Assembly: GCA_964016885.1 (NCBI GenBank) | Contig: OZ024742.1 | Coordinates: 194,990,001-195,054,000 of the forward strand | Length of the DNA stretch: 64,000 bases | Direction: 5' to 3' | Origin: Eledone cirrhosa | Lineage: Eukaryota | Shown here: positions 53,652 through 64,000 of the stretch, in pieces | Layout: every line of letters starts with the position of its first letter | How positions within the stretch are numbered: the stretch's first letter is position 1 | The notes under the pieces: model-generated | What the model saw: only the letters and a program-made list of their open reading frames with translations | Database searches by the model: none | What the model was told of the DNA's origin: nothing | Translations under genes and position numbers: made by a program

Positions 53652-54178
53652 TAATGGAAGTTAGCTGCCTAGCAGATACCAATATAATATCAAAGATTAG
53701 CGAAAAGGAGAATATTTATGCAGAACTGATGAGAAATCTGCAGATACTCCACCCTGATTATACATTCAGATTTATGCCTGTGATTATTGGGGCACTGGGA
53801 TATGTTAGTAACTGCTTCAATACAAATGTTGAGAAGCTGGGCTTCATAGGAACAGAAACAACACAACTAGTTAGGAAATTACAAGTACAATCCATTAATG
53901 GAACAGTAAAAATATGTAAAACATTCCAAAAATGTTGCATCTAATAACTGCATATACACATGTACAGATACACAGCATATACACATGCACACATACAACT
54001 CAAAACATCCACATCCACATACAATAACACATGCATGCAGACATGCATACATATCTACCTAGTTGATGCTGTGTAAATTCCAATGAGAGAGTCTTGTAAC
54101 TATGTTATAAACCGACTCTCTCTATTGGTAAAAATTTGTGAAATTATAAAACCAGAAGAACATACATGCATACATATG
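53652..54178 (+). mobile_element. 3' fragment of a second, diverged R4/Dong-like LINE
   Basis: MEVSCLADTNIISKISEKENIYAELMRNLQILHPDYTFRFMPVIIGALG aligns with the C-terminus of the 1094-aa ORF; flanked by TACA repeats. Confidence 0.85.
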
Positions 54179-55040
54179 TTACAGTTTCCCTCGATCAAAT
54201 TTCACACGAAAAGCATTGATAAGTCCGAGGTTATAATAGAAAACTTAAGCTGAACTCGAAAACAATGTGGTGAGTGTATTCGGCTAACGATCGTAAGGAC
54301 GTGAGTTTGATTGCCTTGTTGCATGGTACCCTTGAGTAAGACACTTTATTTCGCGTTATTTGGATCTACTCAACTGGTACAAATTGGTTATTTGTAATAT
54401 ACTGGATAACACTGAATCTCTGTGAGGAGTTTCCATGTGTTTGGGAAATACTCAGCCACTTGTACATTAATATTGCGAACATGGAATTATGTTGTTCGAA
54501 CAATTAGAACACTCATCATCGAAACCAACGGAGGCGTAGCACACACACACACATATATATGTAAAACATATATAAATATATATATATATACAAATAATAT
54601 ATATATATATCCATACATACATATATATATATACATATATATGTGTGTGTGTGTGTGTGTGTATGTTTAAAAGGTAAACAGAAATAACAACATAATCGGT
54701 ATAGTATATGGAAGGGATATATTAGGTTAACACTTGATATAGCAGGAAGAGGGTCTTAACGTTTGGGACGCTAGTCCTTAATCAGAAGAAAGAATGAGTA
54801 ATAAGTTAGATTTCTGTTATAAAAAATACAGAATCGAAAACCAAACCAAACCAAACAGTGAGTGTGTTTTATTATTTCTGGCAATATTATAACAATATGA
54901 CCTTCCCCAAATAAAACAACATATATATAATGTTATTGTAGCCCCCTGTTCGTCTTGTTTATCTTCACATATATATACAAATGTATACATACGAGAATTA
55001 GTCAAAATGGCGAAATCTGAGCAAATAATACTTGGCTTAC

Positions 55041-55107
55041 CTGAATAAAATCCTTTCCCCACAATAGGAATTATTAGCATCAAAAATATATACAACACCT
55101 CAGTCAT
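55041..55107 (-). CDS. First coding exon of a secreted CUB-domain/mucin-like protein (signal-peptide-like MTEVLYIFLMLIIPIVGKGFYS)
   Basis: ATG at 55107, hydrophobic N-terminus, phase-1 donor G|GTAAGC at 55041/55040 matching the phase-1 acceptor of the next exon. Confidence 0.6.
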
Positions 55108-55232
55108 TATTATAGTGTTGTGGTGTGTTGTTTTTCTCGGGTATATCAGCAGAGCAAGGGTCTCTTTCGTGTATATATATTAAATAGTTCACATAGATAG
55201 ACAGCTAGATGGGTAAATAGATAGATAGATAA

Positions 55233-55320
<88 letters not shown>

Positions 55321-56918
55321 TCAGGCATATGCCAAACAGACTTAGAGATATAAATAAAGGGGTAGAAAGAGCAATATATTGGGAGAAAAAGAAAATAAGA
55401 GTTGATGGGACCAGCGAGAAAGGAATGCAAAAATGGGGTTTTAAGGACGGTTGAAAGACGAGAGTGGACGAGACTTAGGCTGTGTAAAGATCAACAAAAT
55501 TAAATAGATTCAGTAACACAGGTCGGTAGAACGGAGGAAATGGTCGTTGAGAAATACATTTGTACATAAAAACGTAGACATACACACACACACGCACGCA
55601 CGCACACACGCACACACACACACACACACACACGCACACACACACACACACACAAACACGCACACACGCACACACACACACACATGCACACACACACAAA
55701 CACGCACACACACACACACACACAAACACGCACACACGCACACACACACACATGCACACACACACACACAAACACGCACACACGCACACACGCACACACA
55801 CGCACACGCACACACACACACACACACGCACGCACGCACGCACGCACACGCACGCACGCACACGCACACGCACACACGCACGCACACACATGCACACACG
55901 CACACATGTCCACATGCACACACATGCACACACGTATGCACACACATATGCACACACACATACTCACACACTCACACACACACAAACACACATACTCACA
56001 CAGACAAACACACATACTCACACACACATACATACATATGCACGCACACAGATTTATATGCATACACATACACTTAAGCACATGGAGAATGAAGTGGTAA
56101 GGTGTAAGGTATGGCTTCGGGTCGGATCGATAAAATAAGTACCAGGCTCGAAAATAATTAAATACTTAAATGTGGAAGTGGGAGCATATGATCGAATAAA
56201 AACCCTTCAAGCAGGTGCCCCAGAATGGCCGCTTGCTAATGACTGAAAAAAAAAAGAATAAAATAAAGGAATCTAAAGATCATGCTTGCTTCCTTCCCTT
56301 TACTTTTTTATTTGTTTGAATCAACAACAGTTACGAGATCACTTCTGCCCTCCGAGTTTAAAATACCTTTAAGCCCAGTCACCTTTTATTTGAGTACTCC
56401 TCTCCTCCTTTGCCCTTCCTACACACGCCACCTCTTCCATATTGACAGAACGCCAATTGCACCTGCTTTTATTTTGTATCTTTTGCTATTGCTGTTGTTT
56501 TTCTAATCTTTCTTTCGTTTGAACTTACCTGGATGCCTCTCTACCTTAAAGGTATTTCCAAATAGATTTACATAGCTTCATGCTACTTCAAATAACGTTT
56601 AGCACAGCATTCTTACATTCCGTTTTAGCGATTCTTTTATTCTTATATTCTTTTACTGGCTTCGGGCATTTACTGGCTTCATCATCTAAAAGCCGGTTTT
56701 TCGTTGAATATATCGATGCCGGTGTTTTAAAGTTTGGTACTTATTCTATCAATGTTTACTTGTCGAACCTCTAGGTTAAAGACCATATAGTATATGGTCT
56801 TTGTGTATGGCATATACAAACCCCAGGAACGCACCTATATATAAAAACACATCAAGAACGAAATATACACCACTCCAACACACATACATACAGGCTTACT
56901 GACACAGACTTAAATATA

Positions 56919-56958
<40 letters not shown>

Positions 56959-58301
56959 CTCACCTCACACTCTCTGAAAGGACAATGCCTTTGAATTCTT
57001 GTAAATTCTTTTAAATTCATTTGAAACCTAATGTATCGACACACCCTTGTTTTCGTCTTTAGTGACACACACATCCACCCCGCCACCCAAAAGGAATGTT
57101 GTAAACTTAGATATATTATGAATGAATAAAAGAGCGGTTAAACAAGGTTTGAAAATAGGTCCATATTTTTCAAGATCTCGGGCGTCCTCAGATCCCATGT
57201 AGCTGACGTCCGCAAAATCCGAATTACAGCAGCCTGTCTGAGGAAGGAGCCCAGCGAGGTATGGTGGCTGTGGCAGCGTGTGACACTAGCCATTGTTCAC
57301 GGCAACGCCTTTGCCATATTGTCCACGAGCCGTAGCCGAAAAACCAATCTGACTTAAGTGTAAGGTCTGTCATCTTCTCCCCTTCCCCCTCTCTTTTGTT
57401 GCTTAATAATCCCTGCCCCTTTTCTCCTTTTCCTCTCATTTATAGTCTTTTGCAATGTTACTTTCTTTTTCTTTGATTAATTTCTATTGATTTGTTTCTT
57501 TTGAATATTTTATATTCATTATATACCTGCCAACCTCAAAAACCCCAAATGGGAGCACCATGAAAAAGAATATCCGAAAACGGGGTGTGTGTGTGGGGGT
57601 GGGGGGTTTACAAAATGAAAGCTATACCAATTTTCACAAGGGAAGACATCCCTCAACCACCCCAAAGTGTTTGGAAGATCTCCCCGTCCGACAGGAGAAT
57701 TGACAGGTCTGATATATATTACATAAATTGTGTTTATATGTACAATTTTGAATAAATAATAATTTTAATAAACTGATCCCGTGTAATTTGAATTTCACAT
57801 CTATTTCTAGCAATATATGTGATGATGTACAAGATCCCTAAATGGCACCCCTAGATTTGTCATTTTGGATCCATTATAGGGATGACCCAGCGGGACACTG
57901 AACTTTTTTGGTGGAACCATTTCTTATCAGAAATAAATATCCATAAAATATTGATTTCTACTATAGGCACGAAGCCAGTAATTTGGTGGGAGGGGAAAGT
58001 CGATTAAATCGCCCCCAGTACGTTACTGGTACTTTATTTTATCGACCCCGTAAGGATGAAAGTCAAAGTCAAAGTCAACCTCGGCGGGATTTGAATTAAG
58101 ACCGTAAAGGACAGTAACTGCAAAGCATATCCGACTCTCTACCAATACTGCCAAGAAAATATTACCCTAAAAACTTGCTTGTAGAAGTTTTTGATTTATA
58201 AAACTGTATCCATCATTCACAATCGAGTATGACTTGGTAGCATGCATATTGCTTTCGCTACGGGTTTAAGTTATCCATACAGTCGCTAGTGGACACAGAC
58301 A

Positions 58302-58351
<50 letters not shown>

Positions 58352-58845
58352 CTCTCTTTCTCTCTCGAGTGATAGAGGAATAAATAGATAGATGGATAAA
58401 TTGAGAGATGAAGAGAGAGAGAGCAAGAGAGAAAGAGTTAAGGAGAGTGAGACCGAGAGAGAGAGACCCTCCCAGAACATCTAAAATATGACACCTGGAA
58501 GGAGACAAGACTGCACCAGCACTGGGCTGGTCTTTTCTTTATAGACCCGTAACAAATATCCAACGCTTTAACGACTCTGCCATATTGTTCGCCTTTCTGA
58601 ATTATATATAACTAGCAGAAACACTACCTACTGGACGGTTTGGTGCTAATGTATGTAGGTGTATGTTTGCGCGTGTTTTGTAATACATCAAATTCTTACT
58701 GAATGAAAATATAAAGAGTTTTAAACATATACAACAAATATAATTAATTATTGTTTGGAACCTCACAAATTAACTTCACAAAAATATATGATCAAAGTGA
58801 GAGAAAAAGAAGAGCAAAGAAAAGAAAGAAAAGAAACAAACAAAC

Positions 58846-59172
58846 AAAAACAACCACCAAGTGCGACAATAAGCGGCACATCACAAGAGTCAACGGAAAA
58901 TTTTAGGCAATCCAACACGCTACTCGCAGCATTACTCTGGGTGATAGCGAGGTTAAGGTGCTGAAACAACGAGGCACTCTCACGGACATCACTCGACGCC
59001 GCGGTAATGTGAGCCGCCAACGATGAGGAGAACTATGTTGTCGGCGGTCCTGCTCCACCAAATGTTTCGAACGCCACAGGCTGGAAAAAATAGTTATTTG
59101 ACAGTTCCCTGTATTTTAAGATTTTATTCTGTTCGGCAACGGAAGCAGTGTCCCTCACCTTTACCACGGCAT
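58846..59172 (-). mobile_element. 3' fragment of a CRE-like (RLE) non-LTR retrotransposon
   Basis: AEQNKILKYRELSNNYFFQPVAFETFGG...RESASLFQHLNLAITQSNAASVL matches the K..KY...F.PvavET.G...Q.lslaiQ.gNAasil pattern. Confidence 0.7.
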
Positions 59173-59816
59173 CCATATATAAATGTATGAAAAAAGACAA
59201 AACAATATTTTTCACATGCAAATTACACGAACTCGGACGGCAATATTTCGACTCGCAGTGAATTAAATACAACGGTATTTACTCTCCACACAATGGTGAC
59301 CTACCAACTTAATTAACCATATATGGGATATGAACCAGTAATAATAATTTCTTTATCATTGGCCACAAGGGCCGATGAACCAGTAATAATGAAAGGCATG
59401 ATTCAAACAGCCCAGCGCAGCACCTTCAATTATATTCGAACACGCACCTATTTTCGAAAATAGGTGCGTGTTCGAATAAACAGTTTCAGTTCATTTATTT
59501 TAATACTCAAGTGTAATACTTCTATTTGCCGAAGCCAGAAAGCCAGATAGACTGGCACACTCACATAGAAATTCGTATCTATTAGTCTTTGTCTAAACAT
59601 TTTTATTTTTTTTATTATTTTATTGACTTAATCGGTCATATCGATCCCAATACTTACATATTCGAGCCTGGTAAATTTTTTTATCGGTCTCATTTTATCG
59701 CAGCGCTTCGTTATGTACGCCAGAAAGACACAAACGTAAGAACAGACTCAAACACACACACGCACACACAAAGGCACACACACATACACACAAACACATA
59801 TATATATACATACATT

Positions 59817-59866
<50 letters not shown>

Positions 59867-60575
59867 AAAAGAGTCAGGACCCCGACGGGTGAGCTCCGGC
59901 CATTTCGACAGTATTAATACTGCAGGCTTATATATATATAAAGTTTTCCTGGAAAAACTTGAACGGTTAAGATCTCCTTCCTGGATATATCAATATTTAT
60001 AAAACAAACTTTGTATTTTATCTGATGAGGACGTACCAAAGTTTTGGTGCCCTTGAAATATATATAATAGAATAAATATGGCTTTATAGTTTCCATTTAT
60101 TAATATCATTGATATTATACTTCAGAAAGCTGTCGAGTGCTTCGAAATAGTTATAAATATATATATTTAAAAGTTAAACAAGGGTCAATGAATACATCAA
60201 AGAATGAGTTTTACAATAGATTGGAAGCACTCAACAGTTTGGTTTTCCAGAGTTATTAATATTAATTCAAAATATTAGCAAAATAGATATTCTTGTGATC
60301 AAGTATATTTTATTATACATATTTCAGAGGTACTGAGTTAAGTTCAACAGTACGTCCTCATCAGATAAAATAAGATGATGCATGACATACCCTGACATAG
60401 TAGATGGTTAAGATGCAGTCATGGTAGTGAGTAATATACGACAAAACTCAATATGTATACCCTAATATTGAGAACATGAGAAAAATATATAATACATACA
60501 ATAGAGAGGGTGCGTGTAATACAGAAAAAAAATACATGGCATCAATAATATTTAATAAAAACACCATGTTATTTA

Positions 60576-60636
60576 TTCATTCTGACGACTAAAGACAGAC
60601 ATAACATCTGCCTTCAAGAAACCACTGGTAAATGAA
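60576..60636 (+). ncRNA. Solitary hammerhead motif
   Basis: UUCAUU-CUGACGA-stem II-GAAA-CC(ACU)GG-UA^AAUGAA. Confidence 0.75.
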
Positions 60637-61250
60637 ATAATTATCTTATGTTGTTTATTACATAACTAATTATATATATATATAAATACCCACTTCTGTA
60701 ATGAATGAGCATGGGATTTACATATATATATACATATAAAGAAAGAAACCGTATGTCTAGAAAACGGCAAGAGAAATTTGAAAATAAAATTAGATTGCGC
60801 CACATTATTATTAAACTATTTTGTTTATATATTTTTCACAAACCACTGCGACTGTACTCACTATATAACTATTATGTGTGCACTCTGAACATCGAAATGC
60901 AGTTTCACAAGTGCAAACTTATTATCTCATTGAATGACAGAACTATGGCCGGAAATCACAGAAATAGCATCAGTGACTTTCGTAAACTGTGTATGTATAT
61001 GTATATTAGTTAGTTCCTTTAATAATTTCCTGAAAACAATTTATTGATACCTACAACAAACAATATAACATTTCACTACTTATGATTTCAAGGGATATAA
61101 CTCTATATTAAATATAATAGTTACCTCCCGTGACAATGAGGGGAGATTACTCTAGATATATCGAATGTAAGATATATGTAGATATACCGAATGCAAAGTA
61201 TTTTAATATATTTCCATCAGTACCGATTGTGTTGTTATTTCTGCTTACCG

Positions 61251-64000
<2,750 letters not shown>

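Noticed and set aside
56529-56620. Strong minus-strand donor CAG|GTAAGT upstream of the first coding exon
   Set aside because: All three frames have stops shortly upstream; may be a 5' UTR exon but cannot be supported without transcripts

Overview
AT-rich eukaryotic DNA full of (TA)n, (CA)n and (TACA)n microsatellites. The repeat content suggests a cephalopod such as Octopus (inference, not verified). One host gene can be reconstructed by eye on the minus strand: seven phase-compatible coding exons (55107 to 2416, about 832 codons) encoding a signal-peptide-like start, a microsatellite-derived Ser/Thr/Pro stalk and three CUB domains, probably continuing beyond the last traced exon. Introns and upstream DNA carry Penelope-like elements (PLEs; RT + GIY-YIG, one a 4.9-kb inverted structure), a near-intact restriction-like-endonuclease LINE inside (TACA)n, decayed Tx1/L1-, RTE- and CRE-like LINEs, a mariner remnant and many tRNA-derived SINEs. 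The main signal is RNA-level. Two diverged but homologous tandem arrays (467-bp unit at 9086-11572; 466-bp unit at 61354-64000) carry one type I hammerhead ribozyme (HHR) per unit, with a palindromic, dimer-type stem III. They also share covarying flanking helices and a conserved octamer (ATTTGCAT) hairpin, so they look like a retrozyme/circRNA family. About 20 further solitary or PLE-associated HHR motifs are scattered through the window, including a U3-A8 core variant, and many lie in fold-back palindromes. All structures were folded by eye; no database search or folding program was run.
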